64,000 bases of DNA from NCBI GenBank assembly GCA_963707825.1, contig CAVPRP010000011.1, positions 524,858-588,857 on the forward strand, in the 5' to 3' direction. Below are positions 43,878-54,349 of this stretch, one piece after another. How positions within the stretch are numbered: position 1 is the stretch's first letter; the number at the start of each line of letters is the position of its first letter. The notes under the pieces are model-generated. The model searched no databases. It was not told where the DNA came from and saw only the letters and a list, made by a program, of their open reading frames with translations. Position numbers and translations under genes: made by a program. Source of the DNA: an uncultured Acidobacteriota bacterium (GTDB lineage: Bacteria; Acidobacteriota; Vicinamibacteria; Vicinamibacterales; UBA2999).

Positions 43878-46382
43878 CTAGTTGCCGCCTCCGCCGAGTG
43901 GTGGGCCAGGAGGAAGCGGGAAGCGTGAACGGGGCCGGCCCCCCCAGGGCGGCATGGCGCTCTTCGGGGCGTTGGCCGTCGGGTTTTCCAGGTACCGCGC
44001 GATGTCACGCTCGGCCTGGCGGTAGTGCGCTTCCGTCAGCGGGTTGGTGTCCTTCCTCGTCTTCAGCGATTCGCCCAGCTTGGCAATCTGATCCAGCGCA
44101 TAGGCCCGCGCGTCCGGCGTGGTGTCGGCGTGGCCGCCGAGAATCATCATCGCGTCCAGCGCCACGCGCTCGGTGACGCGCCGCAGGGAGCGGAAGCGCG
44201 GGTCGTCGTCCGGCGCCGCTCGCCAGGTGTGGGCCAGCACCGCGTCGATCACTTCGGGCAGCGACAGCGCGCCTGGCTGGCGATCGGCAAAGGCCACCAG
44301 GCGCCCGGCGCGCGCCGGCGCGAGCAGCGGCTCGAGCACCATGGCCGACAGGATGCGCCCCGCCCGCAGGTGATCGAAGGCGTAGTCGTCGGCGAGATCC
44401 TCGAGGTTGCTGACCGGGCTCGGTGTCAGCTGCGCCAGCAGCGTCTCCGGAATCGCCAGGTTGACGGGCTCGATGCTCTCCATCAGCAGGCCGAGCACGT
44501 CGCGCTGCAGCGCGGCCGGCACGATCTCGGTCGGCGTCAGCGTCTCGCCCTTCACGACGATGTTGTGGTACATGCCGCCGACATAGCCGAGACCCGCCTC
44601 GATGGCGTAGCGGTGGTGCATGTACGTCATCCACAGCCGCAGATCGCGCAGCGAGCCGATCGGTTCGCCGGCCTGCAGGATGGCCGGACCGTACTGCGCC
44701 AGCATGATCTTGCGCGCCGCCATGGTCTCGCGCAGGTACTCGGTCGGCGTGGCGCGGTCGTCGTACCACACCCAGCGCGGATCGGTCTCGGGCACGTAGA
44801 TGATGTTCTTCGCCCGCATCTCCGCGATGATCCCGTCGAGCGCGGCGCGCTCCTTGTCGGGGGCGAGCTCGGTGTAGGCGTAGCGCGTCATGAAGTCGTC
44901 GTAGAGGCCGGTGGTCGGCTCGAACGCCTCGCTCAGGTCCAGGCGATCGCCGGTCACCTTCACGCGCGGCGTCGGATACTCCATCACCGAGGCGCGGTTG
45001 TTGATGCTCGACGCCCAGTTGTGGCCGAAGCCCATCACGTGGCCGAGCTCGTGCGAGGTGAGCAGCGACTGCCGCCGCAGCGCCAGCTCGCGCTGGGCCT
45101 CGGGCATCGACGCGCCGGCCTGTGACGCCAGCGCCAGCACTTCGTCGGGCACCGGCAGGACCATGCCGCAGCTGTCGAAGCCGGCGTCGTTGCCGCGCCC
45201 GCCGGAGGTCGGCGTGTAGCTCTCGAAGTAGTTGCCGATGGTGCGGATGCGGTGCGAGTCCATCCGGGTCTTCGAGCCGAGAATCTCGCCGGTGCGCGGA
45301 TCGCGGAAGGTGCCGCCGCTCGAGAACCCGCGCTCGTCGCGGTTGATCCACAGGATCCAGGCGTAGCGGATGTCCATCGGATCCATGTCCGGCGTCGGAT
45401 CCTTCACCTGCACGGCGTTACGGAAGCCGGCGGCCTCGAACGCCTTGTTCCAGGCGCAGCGTGCCTTCCTTCATCGCGCCGCGGATCGGCTCGGGAATCG
45501 CGGCATCGAGGTAGAAGACGATCGGCTTCTTCGGCTCGCTCATCGCGGCGCCGGGATTCTGCTTCTCGAGGCGCCAGCGGGTGACCCACTCGACATCGGT
45601 GTTCTGGTTGAACGGCTTGGCGTAGTCGCGGAACGCCACCGAGCTGACGCCGATGCGCGGGTCGGCGGGGCGCGGCGTGTAGCCGGTCGGCGCCCGCAGG
45701 AACGAGTGATGGATGCGCATCGAGAACGACTGCGGATCCGGCGTCACGTTGGCGACGATGCGCCCCGGCGCGTCGGCGGCGAAGGTGAGGATGGTCTCGA
45801 TCTCGGTGTTGTCGGGGAACGCCTTCATCCGCGGCGGGTAGAACGCGCTGCGGGCGGCGTCGAAGCGGAACGCGCCCTGGTTGGTGCGGCGCAGCTCGCC
45901 GATCACGTCGCCGGCGTCGCGCATGAAGAGCGGCGTGGCGTCCACCAGCACGCGCCCGCCCTGGTCGGCTTCGACCGGCAGCGCCGCGAGCACGGAGGTG
46001 GGGAACGAGTCCCGCACGTTCTCCTGCAGCGCGGCATGGCCGTTGACGGCGCGGTAGCGCAGGTTCTGCTGCGACCACCAGCACGCGCGGCCCCGATCGC
46101 TGGAAGTGCACGACGCTCGGTGCCCATGATGCCGCGATCGAACGACAGTTCCACCGAGCCGCCGCCGCTGGCGGCCGAGACGTAGTAGAGGACGTCCTCG
46201 TTGAATGACGGGATCTCCATCAGCACGCGCCCGCGCGCGGCATCCCAGTAGAACGGCACGAACCCGTCAGCGCGGGTCATGCCGGTCGTCCGCTCGGCGA
46301 GCGTGGCGGCGGGCGGTTGCTGCGCCAGGGCGAGAGCGGGACCGCACAGCGTCAGGAGACAAACAACGACAACACGAAACAT
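43878..46382 (-). CDS. Secreted zinc metalloprotease (DUF5117/DUF4953, EcxA-like); frameshifts near 46110, 46070 and 45460
   Basis: Signal peptide, KAFPDNTEIE, ADPRIG, WRLEK...KKPIVFYLD, DPRTGEIL, HELGHVMGFGHN, SVMEY Met-turn. Confidence 0.88.
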
Positions 46383-46474
46383 CACGAACCTCCAGGGCGC
46401 GATTGTAGATTGGGCGTTCGTGCCGCGCCGATGCATTTTCGCGCACGCCATGCATGCACCTCGCCGCCGCGACC

Positions 46475-46504
46475 TTGACGATCGTGAAACCGGCGGCATA
46501 CACT
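46475..46504 (+). promoter_or_regulatory. Putative sigma70 promoter of the leader/TBDR transcript
   Basis: TTGACG (46475-46480)-N18-TACACT (46499-46504). Confidence 0.55.
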
Positions 46505-46515
46505 GGCTGTTCCTC

Positions 46516-46620
46516 ATGCCGACGCGCCGCTCCTCGTCCACGATGCCCATGCTCATGTGTCGCGCCTCCCGCGCACGCATGTGTTGCGTGTCGTACTCGA
46601 GCGGCTGTCCAAGCGCGTAG
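46516..46620 (+). CDS. Putative Met/Cys-rich leader peptide (34 aa)
   Basis: MPTRRSSSTMPMLMCRASRARMCCVSYSSGCPSA*: 5 Met and 4 Cys, directly followed by the terminator. Confidence 0.6.
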   Translation: MPTRRSSSTMPMLMCRASRARMCCVSYSSGCPSA

Positions 46621-46649
46621 TCACCGCGCTTCCCACGAACTTCCAGCGG

Positions 46650-46675
46650 GGCCGCTCTTTCGAGCGGCCTTTTTT
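46650..46675 (+). terminator. Intrinsic terminator (attenuator) upstream of the TBDR
   Basis: GGCCGCTC-tttc-GAGCGGCC-TTTTTT. Confidence 0.85.
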
Positions 46676-46837
46676 GTTGTCAGCCAGGGCCGTCTCGCGA
46701 GACCCCGATGGCGTTGGCCGGCGTGTCGTTCACTCACTCAAGGAGTTGGTCATGTCCTGTCGAATGTCGAGCCGTTGTCGCTGCGATCTGTTCCACGTTC
46801 CGTCGTTCGGTTCTCATTTTTCGGAGGAAGTGCTGTC

Positions 46838-49736
46838 ATGGTCTCGATTCGCCGTTCACAGGCCGGGTGGATCACCCGGTCGCTCGCTCTCGTCGTCCTG
46901 CTAGTTGCGGCGTCCGCCCCCGCTTCCGCCTCCTTTCAGGGCGGTGGCGCCAGTTCCACCGGCACCATTGCCGGCCGCGTGACCGATGCGAGCGGCCTGG
47001 CGCTCCCGGGCGTCACGATCTCCGCCTCCAGCCCCGCCCTCATCACGCCTCAAACCGCTGTCAGCGGCGTCGACGGACTGTACCGGTTCCAGGCGCTGCC
47101 TCCAGGCCTCTACACGTTGATCTTCGAACTGGCCGGCTTCGGCACGCTCCAGCGCGAGGGCGTTCAGCTGACCCTCGGGTTCACCGCCACGATCGACGCG
47201 GAGCTCGCCCTCGCGTCGCTGCAGGAGAGCGTGACGGTGCGGGGCGACTCGCCGGTGATCGATCTGTCGAACACCCGCGTCCAGCAGAACTTCAAGCTCC
47301 AGGCATTGCAGGAGATTCCCAACGCGCGCGACATGTGGGCACTGCTCGCCATCACGCCGTCCGTGCAGATGAGCCGTATCGACGTCGGCGGCAGCCGCGC
47401 GGGGACGCAAACCGGGTATGCCGCCTACGGCTACAGCGGGCAGAACCGCGTGCTGGTCGAGAACATCAACGTGACCGAAGGCACGAGCGGCGCCGGCACC
47501 TACTGGGACTATGGGTCGTTCGAGGAGATCTTCTTCGGCACCATCGGTCAGGGCGCCGAGATGCCGACACCGGGCGTGCAGACCTCGTTCCTGGTGAAAT
47601 CAGGCGGAAATCGGCTGGCCGGCGAGGTGTATCTCGATTACGAGAACAACAACCTGCAGTCGCAGAACATCTCGCAGGAGACCAGCGATCGTTACGGGAT
47701 CGAGCGCGGCAGCAATCAGCTGGAGACCTACCGCGACCTCAACCTCAATCTCGGCGGTCCGCTGTTGCGCGATCGCGCGTGGTGGTTTACGTCGTATCGC
47801 GACCAGAACATCGACGTCCGCCAGCCCGCGTTCGTCGGGCCGATTGCCGACGAACTGTTCGAGACCAGGATCTGGATCCCGAGCGGCAAGCTGACCTACC
47901 AGCTGACGCCGAACCACAAGCTGATTGGCTATTACACCTGGGTCCAGAAGGTTCAGCCGACGCGGCTCCCGCAGAGCGGCTACCAATACACGGATCTCGG
48001 CACCACGGTCCTGCAGGATGCCGGCACCTGGGTCTACAAGGGGGAATGGAACGGCACCCTGAATCGCACGCTGTACGCCGAGGCACGCTACGGCGTGTTC
48101 GGCTACTACCTGCCCCTGCTGCCGAACACCGACACCACGCTGCCGCAGCGGCTGGACTGCGGTCCGGCTGACGATTGACGGCGGCGACGCCACCTCGCAG
48201 ACCAACCGTCAGCGGCGTCAGGTGACCGGGGCGGTGACCTGGTTCAAGGATGGCTGGGGAGGATCGCACAACGTGAAGGCTGGCGGCGAACTGATGCTGG
48301 AGACCGGCTGGTCGGGCGTGGAGCAGGGCGCATCCGGCAACGTCCGGCAGTTCCTGAACGACGGCGTGGCGCAGCGCGTCACGCTGTTCGCGCCGACCGC
48401 CACCGAGGTCGGCGGCATCCTCGCCGGGCCTGACGGCCATCTGCTGAACGTCAACAAGCTCGATACCGCGGACGCGTTCATCAGCGATCAATGGTCGATC
48501 GGCCGCGCCACGATCAACCTCGGCCTGCGCTACGACCGCTATCGCGTGTGGACGCCCGAACAACGGCAGCTGGCCTACAGCCTCGGTCCGCTCGTCGTGC
48601 CGGACGCGACGTTCCCCGAGACGACCTATGTGACGTGGAACTCGGTGGCGCCGCGCGTCGGGCTCACACTCGATCTGCGCGATGATGGGCGCACGGTGTT
48701 GAAGGCCAACTACGGGTTCTTCCGCTTCAACCCCGGCGTGAGCCTGGCGTCGTCCGCCAACCCCAATCAGTCGTCGAAGAGCGTCACCTACGCCTGGACG
48801 GATCCTAATCAGGACGGCTACTACCAGCCGGGCGAAGAGGGCACGGTGCTGGCCACCGCCCTCGCGGGCTCGGTGCGCTTCGATCCGGGCATCGCGCAGC
48901 CGTTTTCGAACCAGGCCACCGCATTCGTCGAGCAGCAGCTCGGCGAGGGGCTGGGCGCGCGGGCAGGATTCACCTATCTCGCCACCAGGAACGACACGGG
49001 TACCTTCCAGCCGCTGCGGCCGGCCAGTGCCTACTCGGTGCCGTTCACCGTCGCGGATCCCGGCGTGGACGGCGTCCGTGGCACGGCCGACGATGGAACG
49101 GTGACTGCCTACGGCATTCCGAACAGCGAGATCGCCGCTTATCCCGCCACCAGCGTGGTCACCAACGCGCCGCAGGATGCCACCTACCGGACGGTGGAGG
49201 TGTCGCTGACGAAGCGGCGGACGGCGTCGATTGCCTACGGCGCCGGCTTCAGCCACACGTGGACGCACGACTTTCCGGCGGGATATCCGTACACACCGAA
49301 CGGACCGTTCGACTACGACAGCACCAGCTACAGCTTCAAGGCCAACGCGCAATACCAGGCGCGATTCGGCGTGTTGCTGAGCGCGGTCTATCGCTTCCAG
49401 TCCGGCGCAAACTACGCGCGGGTGCTGGCCGTCACGCCGCCGGCGTCGTGCGCCTGCACCTTCAGCGCTGGGCGATCGTCGAGCAGCGCCGCGAACACCG
49501 TGTACGTGAGCGCCTACGACGACTTCCGCCAGGACAACGCCTCGGTGCTGGATCTGCGCGCCGAGAAGTCGCTGACGTTTGGCGCGGTGCGCCTGCGCCT
49601 CTTCGTGGACGGCTTCAACCTGTTGAACACCTACGCCGCGGAGACGATCAACACCACTTCCGGCGCGGCGTTCCAGACACCAACCGGTGTGCTGGGACCA
49701 CGCACCGGTCGCGTGGGTTTCAGACTGGGCTGGTAA
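46838..49736 (+). CDS. TonB-dependent receptor with carboxypeptidase-regulatory-like N-domain; frameshift near 48160
   Basis: GGAGG RBS, signal peptide, GTIAGRVTDASGLALPGVTI, LQESVTV, NLGGPL, LGLRYD, APRVG, C-terminal GFRLGW. Confidence 0.9.
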
Positions 49737-49782
49737 GAAAGGAGAGTGCCGGGGCGGCAGCGCCGTCCCGGTCCTTGCCTTG

Positions 49783-50637
49783 CTATTCGGCAGGTGCGCC
49801 GAGCAGATACTTCGGACCGGTCGGCGCGGGCACGCCACCCTGCGGCTCGACCGTCACCGCCAGCGCCGCGGGCCGCGAATTCAGGGTCGGTACGTCCGCG
49901 ACCAGCTGGAAGCGGCCGCGCGCATCGGGCACGAAGGTCCCGGCGCTGATCGGCTGGCCATTCGCGATGGCCCACAACTGATACACCTGCGCCGCCGGCA
50001 GCGCCGGCAGGTCGCGGGCCGAGAAGATGATGGTGTTCTCCGAGGCGCTGACGAACGCTTTGGCCTGCGCTCCCGCGGCCGGGGGCACCCCTGCCAGCGA
50101 CACGAACAGCAGATCGTCGGCGGACATCACGTCCAACTGCCGCCGATAGGCGACGAGCGTGGTCTGTGCGGTCTGCGCGCTGCGCTCGGCCTCGGCGACG
50201 CGGGCCTGCCACAACGCCAGCGTGGTCCGCATCTCCGCCAGTTGTCCGCGCGTCTGCCACAACCCGCCAATCGAGACTGCCGCCAGTAGCGCCGCGGCAG
50301 CGGCGAGCCACGGAGCCCACCCGGCACGCGCCGGCACCGCGATGGCCGCGGGCACCTCGCGCGACCGCATCTGCGGTGGGGGGAACCGAGCGGGCGTCGC
50401 GCCCTGCGGGTGATCGGCGCCGAGAATCGCCGCCAGGGTGCGCGTCCGCAGCTCCGGCCTGGGGCGCACCTGCGGCACGCTCTGTCCGACCGCGTCTGCG
50501 GCCAGCCCGAATTCCTGGAGCGCTTCGCGGCACGCCTCGCAACCGGCAAGGTGGGCCAGCAACGCTTCGCGCGTCTGCCGGTCGTCGGCATCGACGACGA
50601 AGAGCGGCATCAGGTCGCGCGCTTCTTCGTGCGTCAT
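49783..50637 (-). CDS. Anti-sigma factor, RskA-like with N-terminal zinc-finger motif
   Basis: HLAGCEAC, TM WLAAAAALLA, YQLWAI...PISAG, LAVTVEPQGG..PTGP. Confidence 0.9.
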   Translation of the reverse strand: MTHEEARDLMPLFVVDADDRQTREALLAHLAGCEACREALQEFGLAADAVGQSVPQVRPRPELRTRTLAAILGADHPQGATPARFPPPQMRSREVPAAIAVPARAGWAPWLAAAAALLAAVSIGGLWQTRGQLAEMRTTLALWQARVAEAERSAQTAQTTLVAYRRQLDVMSADDLLFVSLAGVPPAAGAQAKAFVSASENTIIFSARDLPALPAAQVYQLWAIANGQPISAGTFVPDARGRFQLVADVPTLNSRPAALAVTVEPQGGVPAPTGPKYLLGAPAE

Positions 50638-51200
50638 GCCTCTCTCCCCTTCGGTGCGACCACGTCTCGAATGCGCTGCAGCCCGGTGCGGATGCGCGTC
50701 TTCACGGTCCCGATGGGCGTGTCGGTCCGTTGCGCGATTTCGGACTGTGTCAGGCCCTCATAGTAGGCCAGCTCGAGCGTGGCCCGTTGTTCGGCAGGGA
50801 GCGCGGCCATCGCCTCGCGGGCCGCGGTCACTTGCTCGGCGTTCGCCGCCATCCACTCTACGCTCGGGGCTGGGTCCTGGATGTTGGCCATGGCATCGAC
50901 GTCGCCTGAAGGCTGCGGCGCGGCGCCGCGCCGCCGCAACCAATCCAGCGAGCGGCTCCGGGCCATGACGGTGAGCCACGCCCCCACGGCGCCCCTCGAG
51001 GCGTCGAACCTTGCCGCCTGGGTCCAGACCTGAGCGAACACCTCCTGGGTGACGTCCTCGGCGTCCGACGCGTCGCGGACGATGCGGAGCGCGAGCGAAT
51101 AGACGAGCGTGGCGTAGCGGTCGTAGAGCCACTCGAGACCGGCCGAGTCGCGACTGGCGACGCGGCGTATCGCCTCGCGATCGTCGAAACCGAGCGTCAT
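50634..51200 (-). CDS. ECF sigma factor, SigK-like
   Basis: LYDRYA, AEDVTQEVF, AWLTVMARSR, LAYYEGLTQSEIA...PIGTVKTRIR. Confidence 0.92.
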   Translation of the reverse strand: MTLGFDDREAIRRVASRDSAGLEWLYDRYATLVYSLALRIVRDASDAEDVTQEVFAQVWTQAARFDASRGAVGAWLTVMARSRSLDWLRRRGAAPQPSGDVDAMANIQDPAPSVEWMAANAEQVTAAREAMAALPAEQRATLELAYYEGLTQSEIAQRTDTPIGTVKTRIRTGLQRIRDVVAPKGREA

Positions 51201-51353
51201 GCGGTCGTCGGCCTCATCGTCGGGATCAGCATACCCCCTAACCCCTCAGTCCACTTGTGGTGAGTGTTCCATCAGCCGGAACTCCCGCGAAGGGTGGCGG
51301 TGTCGTGCGGATCGGTGAGCTGTGGGCATGACCACAAAAGTTTGCGGTGGGGT

Positions 51354-51380
51354 TGAATCCGAAAACGCGGCGGGCGCGTA
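51354..51380 (+). promoter_or_regulatory. Putative ECF promoter for the DUF4331 operon
   Basis: TGAATCC-N16-CGTA about 20 nt upstream of ATG 51399. Confidence 0.45.
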
Positions 51381-51398
51381 AGCACTGACGGAGGACAC

Positions 51399-52967
51399 AT
51401 GAAAAGACGACTCGCCACGCTGCTGGGCTGCGGCGCCGCACTCGCCGCACTCGCCCCACCTCTCACGGCTTCGAATCACCGGGAGGCACCCATCACCGCT
51501 CTCGATCACAAGGCGGACATCACCGATCTGTACGCCTTCATGAGCTACGGCCCCAACAGTGCCGGCAAGATGACGCTCATCATGAGCGTCGATCCGCTGC
51601 TGGACACCGCGAACGGTCCCAACTGGTTTCCGTTCGACGACGAGATTCTCTATGAGCTGAAGATCGACAACAACCACGATGCCCGCGAGGACATCACGCT
51701 GCAGTTCCGCTTCGAGACCGACCAGCGGCTGCCCAACCTGTTCCAGGTCTACGCCGGCGCGGACAACGGTTATGCCGCGCCCGCGAACTCACCGGCGCCG
51801 GTCGCGCCCGGCACGCCGATCGTGCCGCCCCGCATCACCAGCTTCCAGTCCGCCGGGATGGGCCAGCGCCAGCGCTACACCGTGACGGCGTTCCGCGGCA
51901 ACGAGCAGTTCGAGCTGCGCCCGGCGGATGGCCGGCCGCTCTACGCCGTGCCCGCCAACGTCGGGCCGCGCACCATGGACTACGCCTCGCTCTACGAGCA
52001 GGGCATCAACACGCTGTCGTCGGGCATCAAGGTGTTCGCCGGCACGACCGACGACGCGTTCTGGATTGATCTTGGCGCGGCGTTCGATACCTTCAACCTG
52101 CGGACGTCCGTGGCTCCTGGCGTCATGTCGCCAGCGCAGGATGCGGCAAGCGAGAACTTCTCGCCCGACACCATATCCGGTTACGGCGTCAACACCATCG
52201 CGATCGAGCTGCCCGTCAACCTGCTGACGCGCTCGGGCCGCGTCGAGCCGGCAAGCTCGCCGGCGGCGACGCTCGGCGTGTGGGGCACGACCTCGCGCCC
52301 GCGCGTGTCGGTGCGCCGCAACAGCAACGGCGTGCCCGATCGCTCGGGCCTGTTCCGCCAGGTGCAGCGCGTCGGCAATCCGTTCATCAACGAGCTGATC
52401 ATCGGCACCGGCTCGAAGGATCGCTTCAGCATGGACCAGCCGGCGAATGACGGCCAGTTCGTGAACTTCTTCGCCGACCCGGCGCTGCCGCGCGTGCTGA
52501 ACGCGCTCACCGGCGGCGTGCTGGCGATTCCACCGGCGCCGCGCTTCGATCTGCGGCCGCTGGTGCAGTACGTCGCCCCGATTGCGCCGGCGGGCACTCC
52601 GGCCGGCCCGATTGCCGACCTGCTGCGCATCAACACCGGCGTCGCGCCCACGCCGTTCGCCTCGGCCAGTCGCCTGGGCGTGCTCGGCGGCGACAACGCC
52701 GGCTTCCCGAACGGCCGCCGCGTGTTCGATGACGTCACCGACATCGCGCTGCGCGTGGTGGCCGGCGGCGTCCTGGCCGCGCCGTTCCCGGGCTACAACG
52801 CCAGCATCAACGGCAGGCTCGGCGACGGCGTCAACGTCAACGACGCGCCCTACATGCCGGGATTCCCCTACATGGCGTATTCGCCGAGCGGCCGCGATCG
52901 CCGTCACCTCGATCCGACCGAACCCGGTTGCACCGCGGGCGGAGGGGCATCGTGCCCTGGCCAGTGA
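51399..52967 (+). CDS. Secreted DUF4331 family protein
   Basis: Signal, ASNHREAP, DITDLYAF, FAGTTDDAFW.DL, QVQRVGNPFINE, GFPNGRR..DDVTDI. Confidence 0.88.
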   Translation: MKRRLATLLGCGAALAALAPPLTASNHREAPITALDHKADITDLYAFMSYGPNSAGKMTLIMSVDPLLDTANGPNWFPFDDEILYELKIDNNHDAREDITLQFRFETDQRLPNLFQVYAGADNGYAAPANSPAPVAPGTPIVPPRITSFQSAGMGQRQRYTVTAFRGNEQFELRPADGRPLYAVPANVGPRTMDYASLYEQGINTLSSGIKVFAGTTDDAFWIDLGAAFDTFNLRTSVAPGVMSPAQDAASENFSPDTISGYGVNTIAIELPVNLLTRSGRVEPASSPAATLGVWGTTSRPRVSVRRNSNGVPDRSGLFRQVQRVGNPFINELIIGTGSKDRFSMDQPANDGQFVNFFADPALPRVLNALTGGVLAIPPAPRFDLRPLVQYVAPIAPAGTPAGPIADLLRINTGVAPTPFASASRLGVLGGDNAGFPNGRRVFDDVTDIALRVVAGGVLAAPFPGYNASINGRLGDGVNVNDAPYMPGFPYMAYSPSGRDRRHLDPTEPGCTAGGGASCPGQ

Positions 52968-54343
52968 GACACGAGTCACAGCAGGAAGGGACGCCGGCAG
53001 CCGCCGGCGTCCCGGCCCGCTGGTCGACGACGTTCGTCCTGCTCTTCGGCGGCCTGGCGGTGATCTGCATGGCAGTCGTGGCCGCCTCTGCGCGCAGCTC
53101 GCAGTCGGAGCAACGCGCCGGTGACGCGCCGGCCTCGTTTGTGACGTCGGGCGCGAAGTCCGGCAGCCCCGCCGAGCAGCGCATTGCCGCCGCGCGCGAA
53201 TCGGTGGATCTTCACCCCAAGCGCGTGGACGGCTGGAACGACCTGGCGCTGGCGCTCGCGCGCCGGGCGCGCGAGACCAGCGATCCGAAGTTCTACCAGG
53301 AAGCCTGGGCAGCCACCGAACGGGCGCTGGCGGTGGAGCCGAATCATCTCGAGGCCCGCAAGCTGCAGGTGTGGATCCTTCTCGGGCAGCACGAGTTCCC
53401 GCGCGCCGTCGAAGCGGCCGAGCGGATCAACAAGGAGATGCCCGACGATGTGCTGGTCTACGGGTTCCTGGTGGACGGCTACACCGAGCTCGGTCGCTAT
53501 GCGGAAGCGGAGAAGGCGGCGCAGTGGATGCTGGACATCCGGCCCGGCAACGTTCCGGCGTTGACCCGCGCCTCGCACCTGCGCGAGCTGTTCGGCGATC
53601 ACGAGGGCGCCGTCGAGCTGATGGACACGTCGTATCGCCGTACCGCCGACGCCGAAGTCGAGGATCGCGCGTGGATCCTCACGCAGATCGCGCACCTGTC
53701 GCTGCTCACCTGCCGCACCGAGGCGGCGGAGCGCCTGTTGAACGAGGCGTTGACGTTGTTCCCCGACTATCACTACGCGCTGGCGCAGATGGCCGAGGTG
53801 CGTGTGCAGCAGGGCCGCTTTGCCGACGCGGTGACGCTGCGCGAGCGGCATGTCGCGGTGGCGCCGCATCCGGAGAATCGCTTCGAGCTCGGCGTCGCGC
53901 TCGCGCGCGCCGGCCGCGAACCCGAGGCGAAGGCCGTGTGGACAACGTTCGAAGCGGCGGCGCGAGGCGAGATGCAGAAGTGGGACTCCGCCAACATCGA
54001 GCTGATCTACTACTACGCCGATCACGCCGGCCGCGCGGCCGAGGCGCTGACGCTGGCCCGCAGGGAAGCAGCACGGCGCCAGGACGTGAGGACGCTCGAG
54101 GCGCTGGCCTGGGCGCTGCACCAGAACGGCCAGTCGAGTGCGGCGCGCAAGGAGATCGACAAGGTCCTGGCGGTGGGCGTGACGCAGCCGGCGACGTTCT
54201 ACCGCGCGGCGGCGATTGCCGCCAGCCAGGGCGACGCGGTCAAGGCGAAGGAGTACGCCACGCGTTCGGTCGGCATGTGCGGGTCGTCGTCTTTCGCCGG
54301 CGCGGCGCGTGACGTTGTGGCTGAACTCACTTCCACCAGGTAG
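52964..54343 (+). CDS. Tetratricopeptide repeat protein with N-terminal TM/signal segment
   Basis: GTGA overlap with DUF4331; ARETSDP, repeated TPR helices, LAWALH. Confidence 0.8.
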   Translation: MRHESQQEGTPAAAGVPARWSTTFVLLFGGLAVICMAVVAASARSSQSEQRAGDAPASFVTSGAKSGSPAEQRIAAARESVDLHPKRVDGWNDLALALARRARETSDPKFYQEAWAATERALAVEPNHLEARKLQVWILLGQHEFPRAVEAAERINKEMPDDVLVYGFLVDGYTELGRYAEAEKAAQWMLDIRPGNVPALTRASHLRELFGDHEGAVELMDTSYRRTADAEVEDRAWILTQIAHLSLLTCRTEAAERLLNEALTLFPDYHYALAQMAEVRVQQGRFADAVTLRERHVAVAPHPENRFELGVALARAGREPEAKAVWTTFEAAARGEMQKWDSANIELIYYYADHAGRAAEALTLARREAARRQDVRTLEALAWALHQNGQSSAARKEIDKVLAVGVTQPATFYRAAAIAASQGDAVKAKEYATRSVGMCGSSSFAGAARDVVAELTSTR

Positions 54344-54349
54344 GTTCAG

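Noticed and set aside
46516-46620. RiPP precursor (Cys/Ser-rich peptide)
   Set aside because: No modifying enzymes nearby; the terminator/antiterminator layout fits a leader peptide better.
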